A DNA stretch of 40,188 bases, from positions 1 to 40,188 of the forward strand of contig JBHGNT010000281.1 of assembly GCA_043228905.1 (NCBI GenBank). Reading direction: 5' to 3'. The notes beneath the pieces are model-generated. The model ran no database searches. It was not told the DNA's origin and saw nothing but the letters and a program-made list of their open reading frames with translations. A program made the translations under genes and the position numbers. This stretch comes from Azolla caroliniana. Taxonomy: Eukaryota > Plantae > Polypodiophyta. Shown one piece after another: positions 9,270-20,500 of this stretch (the stretch's first letter is position 1; every line of letters starts with the position of its first letter).

Positions 9270-10842
9270 CAACCGTGGAGCACCTTTAGTGCACACACTG
9301 GATACTACGGTATGTTAGTGGCACTAAGGATAAAGGTCTGTTATACCGACACGGTATACCTGAAACGTTAGTTAGATATACAGATGTTGATTGGGCTGGT
9401 GATGCATCGGATTGTCGGTCCACCTCTGGATATAGGTTTTCTCTTGGTAGCGCGACTATTCCATGGAGCAGCAAAAATCAACCAACCGTAGCTCTGTTGA
9501 GCATGAAAGCTGAGTATCGGGGCGTTACCATTGCCACCTATGAAACTATACGGTTTCAACGACTGCTGCAAGACCTCTGAATCGAGGTACCGACCCCGAC
9601 CCTGATCTATTGTGATAACGTAAGCAACATACAACTCGCTAAGAACCTTGTATTTCATGCTCGGACAAAGCACATAGAAGTACATTATCATTGTGTGCGT
9701 GAACGGGTCCTAAGCGGTGAAGTTGAACTTCGGTATGTTCACACGGATCAGCAGGTTGCTGACATCTTCACCAAGCCGCTCGGATCAGACAAGTTGCAAC
9801 ACTTCTAGGAGATGCTCAATCTCTAGCAACTCGACGAGCCGCACTTGAGGGGGAGAATGGAGACAAGTAATGGCACCGGACAACGAGCCGACGAGAAAGA
9901 GAGAACCAAGACAGAGGGAGACAAGAAGAAAAAGGAAGCCGAGTCGATCGAAAGAGTCGGCACATCCAGACAAGTCGAAGAAAACGACGATGACAACAGA
10001 GTCAAGAGAGACATAACTGACCAGAGAAGAAGGCCAATACCCGGACATGGTCTGATTTTGTGGAGGGCTTGAAAATGGAAGACGAGTTGGAGACTACCAA
10101 CTCGGTCAAGAGCTGGAACAAATCGAACACAACCGATTCAGTTCAACAATTTGATTCAGAAGAGCTGAATCTGTTGAAGGCCAAGCGAACTAGAGGGCAA
10201 CGAAGACGGCGCCAGAGTTGCAACAACGAAGGAGCTGAGATGGGCTTGTTGAGCAAACAAGTCGATCGAGGAGGTTGAGTAGCGCAAACCAAATGGGTCG
10301 TGGAAGGAGGAATTGGATCAGACGAGGAGCGAGAGCAAGGCGGAAGGACACCAGAAGAGCAGATGAAAGAATCGGCTGCCCCAGACACTAACACCAAGAT
10401 CCGACCTCAAGTTGAGCTTGAGGGGGGAGTGTTGAGCGAGCAAGCTCAACCGGATCTGGATCGGCTGGATAAGCCAGAGCTGGATCGTATCCAGAACTAG
10501 GAGCCGGATCCACGTGTGTACCGGTAGGCCGTATAGAGGTCTATGCTTCTAAACTACTAGGTAGTCATGGTCCTCGTAGTTAGTGCCAGACACTCATATG
10601 AGTATTGAAGTACATAGTACTTCTGTCAATCCCTTGTGGACTTGTATAAAGAGTGTTCACTGAGCACATCCTATGTACAGAGTGTTATTATTTTGAATGG
10701 TTTTTATGTTTTCTACTCTCTTTCTCTCTCCTGTGTATTCTTTGTTCCTAATCTTCCATTAAACCTTTATTCTCTGTTTTCAGTTTTCAATTGTTATTCA
10801 GATAAACCGGTTTGTCAAATCTTCCGCATATTAACTTTAACA
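9270..10842 (+). mobile_element. Ty1/copia 3' remnant: end of RT, RNase H, extra 3' region, PPT and 3' LTR
   Basis: Motifs ILRYVSGT, DWAGD..RSTSGY, AEYR, IYCDN, FHARTKHIEVHYH and VADIFTKPL. PPT GAGGGGGGAG (10420-10429) directly precedes the LTR. Confidence 0.9.
10430..10842 (+). repeat. 3' LTR of the copia remnant
   Basis: Starts TGTTG right after the PPT and ends TTAACA. The end was placed by similarity to the solo LTR end (CTTCCGCA...CA). Confidence 0.75.
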
Positions 10843-12383
10843 ATAATCTATCTATCTATCTCATAAAAAAGACCAAAAGTACTTCAACACCTATCGACAC
10901 TTACATATTGACTATATGCAACCATGGAACCCTTAAAGGTTTCTTAAGTTATAGTAACATCGACCCACACTGAAACACTATGCTAATTAGAAAAACATGT
11001 TTGTACAACTCAAATAGATAATTATGGGATAAAAAATATTTGAGTTGTCCGAACTAAATATATAAAGTATAAGTAAATAACTTGTATATATCAAATAGTT
11101 AGCGTAGAAATGGCCATGTGGATGGAAATTGCATTTAATAGATGTTGATGGAAGAGTTTGACGAGCACGAAGTGACCCGAAGTTGGAGCATCCAAAGATA
11201 TTTATTTCACAACATGGAAATCCTAAAGTGTTGGTTTTTGGCTTTTGACATTGCCCATCAATAAAAGTAGTTCCCATAAATTACAATGGGATCATGTTTA
11301 TTGTGTATGTCAAGATTGTAGACGAGAATAATATCGAATAGAAGAAGAAATTATATGATTATGACAATATACATTTGGCCCATGCATTATGGATTGGAGA
11401 TATTGAGCGTTGTAAGGTTATTAAAACAAAAAAGATGACATTATTTCCATTTATTGGGCTATGCATATATTGTTATAAGTGTAACCTTAAGGACCCATTC
11501 TAAAGCTAATTTGAACGATTTAAGGGGAGGATAGTTCGGAAGCAGTTGCACTAGGATTTGGAACAAACCTATAATGACCCATGACACATGAGAATGCACG
11601 TTGATTTCGAAGCCTACGATGTTAGGCTATATAAAGGGGACTAGCTAAACCCCTTCATTATGACATCTTGCGATATTGTAGAAACTCTGTGGGTGACACA
11701 AAGCTCGTTTCGTTTTGCTTCACGATTTATATGGAGTTTCCTTATAGAAGGAGCAATTGGTTCATATGAATTTGAAAAGGGACGAGTAAAAAAGAAGAAG
11801 CACACAGGAAAGCATGTGCATGCATTTTAGATGGGAAGAAACAATGAAAAGTGGATCGATTGCACGCGATTAGACGGTTCTTGTATCGAGAGGAGTATGC
11901 AAACAGGAAAGTGTGTCGAGGTCGCCCAAGTCGTCACATCATGACGAGACTTGACCCAGCAAGATAAACCTCACGAAAGGAGAGGAAGAGAAAAGGCATG
12001 AATGAAGGTTCTGGCGGTGGGTAACAATGGCAGCACGAAGCGCGCATGTGTAAGTAAGTAATAGGGTTTAGGGGTGTAACCCTAATACGTATGTATGTAT
12101 GTATGTACATACACAGAAGATGAGGTGAGGATATAAGGAATGGAGAGAGTTGAGTATGTAGTACGTTCTCCATGTCCATGTTGGTTGGTTGTCCAGAATG
12201 AGTCTCTTAAAAAAAGATTTACATCGCCTTTTTTTTGGTCCCAACCAAGATTCGAACTCTCGCCGTTACATTACCTTAAAAAAAAAAAACTCTTCTTCTT
12301 CTTCTTCTTACGTTTTGGCCGCCGAAAAAAGTAAACCTCTCCATATCTATCTATCCAACTATCTATCTATCTAACTATCTAAC

Positions 12384-12400
12384 TATATATATATATAAAA
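12384..12400 (+). promoter_or_regulatory. Probable TATA box of the phytocyanin gene
   Basis: (TA)n-TATAAAA ~130 bp upstream of ATG 12531, followed by a CT-rich leader. Confidence 0.5.
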
Positions 12401-12530
12401 ACAGCCACCCACACACAGAGTCTCTGTCTCTTGTTTCTTGTCTCTGTCACCCTCACCATAATACTCTGCACACGCGCCCGCTCGCAGTTTGAAAACAAAA
12501 AACAGAGAACAGTGACTGAGCTCTCTGGCT

Positions 12531-13861
12531 ATGGCGGCCTCCTCCTCCTCTGCTCTTGCTCTTGCTCTTGCTCTGCTGGCTTTCCTCTTCATCTCCTCCT
12601 CCTCTTCTTCATTGCTCTGTGCTGCCTCCACTACTCACGTCGTGGGCGAGTCCTCTGGCTGGACCGTACCCGACCGCACCTCTGATTACTCTCGATGGGC
12701 CTCTTCTCGAACCTTCTACGTTGGCGACGTCCTCGGTGAGAACAGAAAAGAACTAGAAAACCAAAAAAATCCTCTTGTCACTTCACATTGTTGTTGTTTT
12801 TTAAACTGCTCCTTTCGTATCTCTGATTCCGTTACAAATGTACGCCTTTATGGCACACATTACTTCTGCGTAGTGTCTTTTCTCTTCTTCATTCCTTTCT
12901 TCTTCTTCTTCTTCTTCTTCTTCTTCTAAATCCGTTACGCGTACTATGAACAGATTCGGTTTTTGTATAAGGTTTTAGAGCTTCTGGTTTCTGATTTCTG
13001 GTTGCGCCATTATTGCCTTGCATACCGACGAACTGAATGCGGTTCTCTCCATATCTCAGCCCACTCCCCCTCCTCAAATCGTAGTGGTTCTGGGCTATGG
13101 AGATAAATCTCAAGCAAATCATTGCTAGCTAACTAGCAGAATCAATCGAAACCCACATTTTTAAGTTATAGAATTTCCGCCCCCCCCTATTCTTTCTGTT
13201 ATCGATCTTAACTGATCGGAAAAACAGATATAGGCTATGGAGATAAATGCATTACCAGAATCATTGCCTGTAATAGAAACGTGAAGCGAACCATGACATA
13301 TGCTTCAACAGAAACCCTAAAACACGTATTTTTTCTTTCTTTTCAAGCTCAGCTTACATATTCCATTGCGCATATATATATATGTCTTTTAAATTTTAGA
13401 AGCTCTCTTTTATGCGACTTATCTTCGTGCTTGATCTTTTGGCAGAGTTCAGGTATGATAGTGCGGAGCACACAGTGCTAAAGGTGACGAGATCGAGCTA
13501 CAGTAACTGCAATATCACAGCTCCAATGGCGACCTTTGCAGATGGGATGTCTAGGATCACCCTCTCCACCAGAGGCTCTTACTACTTCATCTGCGGTGTC
13601 CCGGGGCACTGCGATGCAGGCCAGAAGCTTCAGCTCAACGCAGTTCAGCGACATCATCAAGCTCAGTCCCTCGCATCTCTACCTCCTCCCTCGCCATCGC
13701 CATCTCCTTCCCTCTCTTCGTTATCTCCACCTCCCATCTCTGCAGGTGGACCTACCATGTCTTCATCTTCATCATGTTCATCTTCTGCTCCATCTCCCTT
13801 TCTCCAGATTCTCGTTTCCTCCCTCTGTGCCATTTTTCTTGCTCGCTTCTGCTCTATTTAA
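12531..13861 (+). CDS. Phytocyanin (stellacyanin/mavicyanin-type blue copper protein), probably GPI-anchored; exons 12531-12735 and 13446-13861; 206 aa
   Basis: Signal peptide, HVVGESSGW and YSRWASSRTFYVGDVL|EFRY joined across a phase-1 GT-AG intron. Copper ligands are His (HTV), Cys and His (ICGVPGHC) and axial Gln (GQKL). A Ser/Pro-rich linker and hydrophobic C-terminus follow. Confidence 0.93.
12897..12927. repeat. (TTC)n microsatellite in the phytocyanin intron
   Basis: Directly visible. Confidence 0.9.
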
Positions 13862-16483
13862 GCTCCGCTTTCTGTTCCAGTCTTTGTTGTCCCTCTCACT
13901 GTTATCTCTGTTGTCGCCATCGCCATCGCCATCGATTGCCACCTTCATGGAACATTATGTCTCAGTCTCTTTTTTGTTCCTATTGAGCTTCGTCACCATT
14001 ATTGGTCTTTTTCTTCAGCCTGGGGGTGTCTTTTAGGAGTCCTATCTTCCTGTCGTCTGTGTTCCCCATTGAAGTTCTGCCACAAGAAAGCTTCTTCTCC
14101 ACTGAGAGTCTTCTGTTATAGGTCTTTGATTTTCTATTCTTCATCTTTCAATCCTGCATAGATTTTAGTTCTCCATTTTGGACCTACTTTGCAACTTCAT
14201 ATGTTGGGTTGCAATTGTATTGTCCCCATGGGCATTCATTCCACCATGGAAATGCAGAGGATAAACATGTTTTTCTTAGTTTTTTTGGCAATGGAGACCT
14301 TCAGTTTTTTGGTTTTGTTCTTTCAAAAATCAATTCATGGTAATGGAAGGTATAAAAGACTCCAATGGTGAATCGTGATTTATGTACCTGAAAAGATCAG
14401 AATAATGAGATGCACATATCAGAACAAGGAAATGGGCATGTTGTTTAATTACACCGGCCAAAAATGTCAAATGGGAATTGGTAACGAGGCCTAATGATCA
14501 AAATATGATTGATTGCATGTGGCTATGATGGGGTATGTCTGAACTTAGGGTTTTGCATTATAAAGAAAATATTTTCCATTGAAATGGAATTGTTGAGTAT
14601 GGTGTTTATAAGATTGGAAGCTTTCTCTATTACAGGAATCAAATGTAAAATCCTAAGGAAAAAGAATGTCAAGCAATTGGTAAGGATTTTGATGCATGTG
14701 ATGAGTGAGATTATTTATGTGTGTGACTTGTTTTTACTGTCCAGTGCCCCTAATATATGTATGACCTTGCCTTGGTATGCTACAATAACGATCTAATTCA
14801 TCAAGAGTGTGCAACCTTTGAACTACCTAGGCTTTGCCACTAAGACCTTGTTAGAAGTAGGAGACTTGTTCTTGCAACATTAACATACAATAGGTTAAAC
14901 ATCTTCCAAACCAAAAATACTTTGGAAACATATCCATTAGAGAGAACCTTCCATTAGGAGAAGGAAATGATATCCACTTCATATGATCAACATCATGGGA
15001 AGCTCAAAGATCCCTTAAAAGGTTGAATGCATGTAGAGAGGTAGTAGAGGTAGATTTTTATTGGTGCCCTAGGAGGCCAAATATGAACTATGAGATTTAT
15101 ATTATGTGGAAGTTAGTAGTAAATCTCTTTACATTCACGAGTTATAGAAATGAACATTGTAATTGAGAGTGCACATTGTGATTGAAAGAGAAATGTGGCC
15201 CATATTGTGGAGAGCAAACTCCAAGGTAAAGAAATGTATGAAAGTATAACACTCAAACTTGTTGAAGGGAAAATATGTTGTGGTGACTCAAGGCATTCAC
15301 TTTGAGCACATGACTTCATGTAAGGGGAGTTGTATCTTCATGTTCATATTGTTGGTTGATTACCATATACCCAATTCGTGGTGAATCAAGCAAGAGTGGT
15401 TGTCAAGTATTCTTGAACCTCTAGCTTCATTAATCCGAATCACATGAACTCTCACTTACCTCTCTTCGCAATGCTAACCTCGCTAAGAAGCTCATTATTA
15501 CCCTAATTGGCTTTAGAATTAGAAACGGATGATAATGAACACTTAGATCATGTAATTAATAACCACACTTCAAAGAGTAAAATGATGCACCATACAAATA
15601 ATTTGGAGGAATGATTAAGGTTTCTCGAAGCAACACTTAACTCTAATAATTCAACTTACAACAAATGTGTGTGTGCGTGTGTGTTTTCAAACTCACAACC
15701 ACGTATATATGTTGTTCAATGTTTCGTTTGGAATGAGAATGTAACACATGGGAGGACAATGTTTAAGGCTTCATGGTGGCAATTGCTGAAGTGATGTAGT
15801 TTTTTTATCACACTTATTGATATAAATGTTTGCTTTCACACACACATAAAGTTTGGATTAAAAAAGGGGGGCTTAGAGTAGAAGTTCAAGAAGAATAGCT
15901 AAAAGTCTCAAACGTGACTTTTATAGTTGTTTTACAAAGAGATTGTCCCCTTATGTTGCATGGATAGAGGTGACCATTCGGTGTAAAGATCCAAACCAAA
16001 CTTTGTTTTATCCCCCCTTTTACTTATCCTTGCACTTAGTTAAGTGCTCGCACCAATGTTGACGTCTTCATGGTTTTGCTACATATGACACATACTTAGC
16101 ATATGCATTGTTGAATATTCTCCTTATTCGTGCCCCAAACACCCCATCTCAGATAAAAGAGAATATCAACTAACTTGCATGGAACCTATCTCTGTTCAAA
16201 GAAGATGACGACTTTTGTAGTTTGGTGCAACATCTGCAATAGAGTGTGTGAATATGTGATACATTGGCATTGCTAAAAAACTACAAAAACTCCCTCCCCG
16301 AGGAATGTATTAATGCACTAGAAGCAAACACACATCCCACCCGTCTTCCCAAACCATTTATTCATATGCTACCTACCATCTATATAAGGACCCAAATATA
16401 TTGCTTTATTTATTTATTTATATGTCATGTTGAGTCATTTCCAATCGCTTCCCCATACAAATTGAGGAAGGCGACGACATAAG

Positions 16484-17155
16484 TTTTTTTTTTCCCAAAA
16501 AAACATTACTTCACATTTGTTAGCAACTAGAATACAACAGAGTTTACCCGAATCCACAATGGGATCAACATATACAATGTGGAGGAACAACTCCAAAACT
16601 ATCAAACAAAAACAACAAAAACTCACTTGACCCTTAATTCCAACAAAACTTAAATAAACCCCATTTTACCCCGATTGTAAATCTTCCAATTAACTCTTTT
16701 CTTTTTCTTGCAACATTATCTGGGTAACATGACTATACTAACCCCCTTTTGCTTCAACTATACATACATAATTACAACCCATGTACAATATTGGGAGCCA
16801 TCGGTGGAAACAACCACCTAGGCGCACGGTAATTCCACTCAGGCCTCAACGAAGATTTGACCATCATGGGAGAACCACTCCATTTCAGCAAGAACTTTGA
16901 CCTTGCCCTTTCTGCTTCTTCCGATTCCACTTGAATCAAATCATACCGTCTGCGCAACCAAGCCACAAGCTCAAACAAGATATTTAACATCACCTCCCTG
17001 CATGAGAGCTTTCGCTGTTGAAAAACAAACTTACAGTGCATGATCCAGATGTGCCAGATCATTAACCACGCAACCATAAGCCAAATCTCCTCAAAAGATT
17101 TAGAATTTGTGCTTGGTCTCACCCCATCACATTGGAACACGCTACCACCCTGCAC
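16484..17155 (-). mobile_element. 5'-truncated L1-type LINE 3' end (ORF2 C-terminus and 3' UTR)
   Basis: ORF 16772..17155 contains IW..WHIWIMHCKFVF, the W..W..RN..F-type motif of the plant LINE ORF2 C-terminus. An A10 run on the minus strand at 16484-16493 may be the tail. Confidence 0.6.
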
Positions 17156-17584
17156 TATAAATCCATGTCCTTGTGGGTTTTAACTGTTCACCCTAGCTTT
17201 CCCCTTTTAGAGACAATCCTTGTATGGAGCCAAAAGCATACACATGGTAAAACCTCGAGGGATGGGACAATGCGATATGGGCGGGGTCTTGTGTCTTTGT
17301 CGAGTTACCAGGAAGTTGACCAATGGAGACTGTTCCTTTCGGGTGGGGTGAATGAATGAATGAATGAATGGGTGGGATTCTCTCACATTTTACATGGCGA
17401 TGGGATTGACAATTGAGAGTGTGTTTTTTCTTGTAGGCGTCATTTGTTTGTATTTCTTCTGAGTATATATATGTATACATACATATGTATATATGTAGTA
17501 TGAAGGAAGATCTTCCGCACAGACAGTGTAGTGTGTCCAAATCGATCCATCGATGCACGGAGCGTTTTGAAGTGTCCTGCACGC

Positions 17585-20500
17585 ATGGCCAAGACTCCTC
17601 ACTCTCCTCGCCGTTTCCTGCTCCTCCTGCTCTACATTCTCAGCTTGCACGCCATTTCCATCTTCTTCTTCACCAGAGGTTTCCTGCTCACCCGCAATGA
17701 GCTCCCCCTCTACAGCCGGTGTGGCGACATCTACGCGACCCAAGCCACCGTGGACCGTAGTTCGGATCAATGCGATAGAGTTGCCGTTGAAGAAAGTTCT
17801 TGTAATTGCTCCAGTGTTTTGTCAGATTTAGAAACAGGGAATTGCTGGACACGCCCGTTAGTGAACAAAGTTGTAATCTTAGTGCTTGATGCCCTCAGGT
17901 ATGCTTACCCCGCACACACTTTAGCACACTATTGTGCAGTTCGACGAATTGCAGATGTGAGCTTGTGAAGAACACAATCATTCAGTTTTTTTTTTTTTTT
18001 TTTTCCAAAATGAAGCTACATTCCCATTAGTTAGGAAGGATTATTACAAAGAGACTATACAAGGAGTCTTATACACGAAACGGGGAATCTCCCTCCGATC
18101 AAGTTCAAGAAAATGAGACTACTTACATAGCCACAATTATTCAGGTTTGTATATACATATGCATACATGTATGTAAGTAGGTGTGTATGTATACACGTGC
18201 ATATATATTCCAAAGAAAAGGTTTCAAGACTGGAATTTATCTCATCAAAACAACTGGCAGAAAATGGAAATAATGCTGAAAATGGTTCCAACCACATGGC
18301 ATAAATATGAATGCACTATCCCCATTCCAATATACTTGGACTGTCCACACTTAAACATGATCAGAGTGGAAAATAATAGAGTGATCTGAATTGATATCAT
18401 TAAATTGGATAATGAAGAAGATGGGTCAACCCCATAATGTCTTCTGGTATCAAGATCAGAGAGGAAAATAATAGAGTGATCTGAATTGATATCATTAAAT
18501 TGGATAATGAAGAAGATGGGTCAACCCCATAATGTCTTTTGGTATCAAGATGGCCTATTATAAGGTACTAATTCTACACCTGTCACATGATGGATTTATC
18601 ATCTGGCCACCTTATATGGATACATCTAGCTCATGCACTCCTTAGTCTGATAGTGTAACTCAAGTCCTCTTCACATCAGTCAGAGATTAAGATAGGTAGA
18701 TATATTCACAAATCTATGGAAGAACTAATATGCACTTGTGTCATCAGGGGTGAAATGAGAAGAACACTATATTTCCCATTATGCCAATTTTTATGAAATA
18801 AAAGGGTGATATCATGGTTTGTTCAAACAAGGCTTTGACCCATTGCATAGGCTAATATAACATCAAGAGCAATGGTGAGTAGAACTATTCTTGCAAATAA
18901 TCCAAGAGACATTGAGAGAACTTGTTGAAGGACAACAATATAAACACTATAGCTAGATAAAAAGAATCGACACAACTTTCTTTAGCTCCACCACTCATGC
19001 CACAAGTCAATCAAAGGTTATACAAGTATGGTCTTGACTAAGACACTCGCAAGGGACTACAGTGGATCGGGCAATAAAAGCTTGTCACCAATAGGACCCA
19101 ACCATTTAAAGCACAACCTATGCCCCAGCCATTCACTCGGCAATGAAGGTGCTTCCCTCACCTTGGATACCTCTCTATCTTGGTTCGGCCCATGGTAGAA
19201 GTTTCAGCCTATCTAACTTCGTAATTTTAAATGCTTAGATAACATGACTCTTTGGTACCTTACGTCTAGTTATATTCATTTATTTTGGTTTGTTGTTCTC
19301 AAAGACAAGACAACATTTTAAGATGTAATCTAGGTCATGTTAATATATCTGTTCTTTTTCCGTTCTTTCTTCTGTTGGAAATTTTCACATAATCAAAAGA
19401 TCTGTGAGATATATTACCTGTTTTGTCTATCGTAACTTTTTAATGTGCTGATTGTTATTATTTTGCTATTGTAGCATAATAATAACAATTTTCCCTTTTT
19501 GACCTTTTCGGTTCACCTTTCAGGTTTGATTTTGCTGCTCCCAGCAAATTATTTACTTATAGTAAGTATAATTCTAGTGCCCTATCTCCATTCAGGGAAA
19601 ATATGCTTGGGACGAAATTCATTTAGCTCGTTTTCTAGAGCCCCAACCATGGATGGATAAGCTGCAAGTACTCCAACGACATGCGTTCGAAGAGAGGTCA
19701 GCTGTATTGTTCAAATTTATTGCTGATCCCCCAACAACAAGCTTACAACGTTTGAAGGTTAGATTGTTGAGTTCTATTTCATAATAATTAGATAATGAAG
19801 TGAATAAAGTAGATCAACAAGTTAATAGAAACATAGATTAGAATGCATCCCACACATGCATAAATGGAGCCATACAGAATGGTTTCTATGTTTTCCTTTC
19901 CCTGGAAAACATTTTAATTTTAAGAAAGATATATCTATCATAGTGTATATAAAAATACAGTCTCACACTCACGAGAATCTTTGTAAGAGGAGTATATGAT
20001 GGATGGAAACTGCAGAAGTGGCATTGGTACCAATAATCTCTGGCATGAGTCAGGACAAGACATTGATGTCACAAGCTTTGGCACATTCATATTTTGGAGT
20101 TACATATATTGTAGTAGGGCCTCACACAATCTTATCTCATTGATGGCTTATCAATCGTATTTTATTTTAAGTCTCGATAGAGGACTCCAAGATGCTCAAC
20201 CCTTAGGTGTTGTGGCCTTGCTTGTACAGTTGGGATTCACTGTCATATTTACTCAGGGGTCTTTGGCAGAATAATTGTTTGATTCATATCCCAAGCATCT
20301 ACGCCTTACAATGGAAGTAAAGGTATAATGAGGAATGGGGAGAATGAGGTGGGTTGTATAATATTCTTATACATCAGAGAAAAATGAAAGGATAAGAACT
20401 TGGGAAAGGGATATAAAATGATCAAATTTGGTGTATGAAATTAACAATGGACTGATGAGTAATAAGTATAAAGTATTGGTAAGGGAGGCCAAATTCACCA

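Larger units (their letters stand above)
4450..9270 (+). mobile_element. Ty3/gypsy (chromovirus-like) integrase remnant split into three pieces (~4450-4637, 7596-8517, 8976-~9270)
   Basis: Motifs LLYVPNG..CHD, CDTC, PYGLLESLPIP..SIALDFIIDLP, VVDRYTKMAHF, QTDGQAERTNQTLEQYLR, GPF and IHPVFHSSLL. The frame rejoins when the two insertions are removed (DVFAQAIL-AQIDPSR and DLSTHLH-QAQQ). Confidence 0.9.

Noticed and set aside
10860-11930. Possible decayed coding or transposon sequence
   Set aside because: No motif I can recognise on either strand.
12061-12086. TAGGGTTTAGGG and AACCCTAA telomere or telo-box-like motifs
   Set aside because: Only one or two units; could be promoter telo-boxes but cannot be distinguished from chance.
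13536-14036. 166-aa ORF overlapping phytocyanin exon 2
   Set aside because: Alternative frame through low-complexity CT-rich sequence.
14700-15700. Possible ancient retroelement debris
   Set aside because: No reliable motif, so left unannotated.
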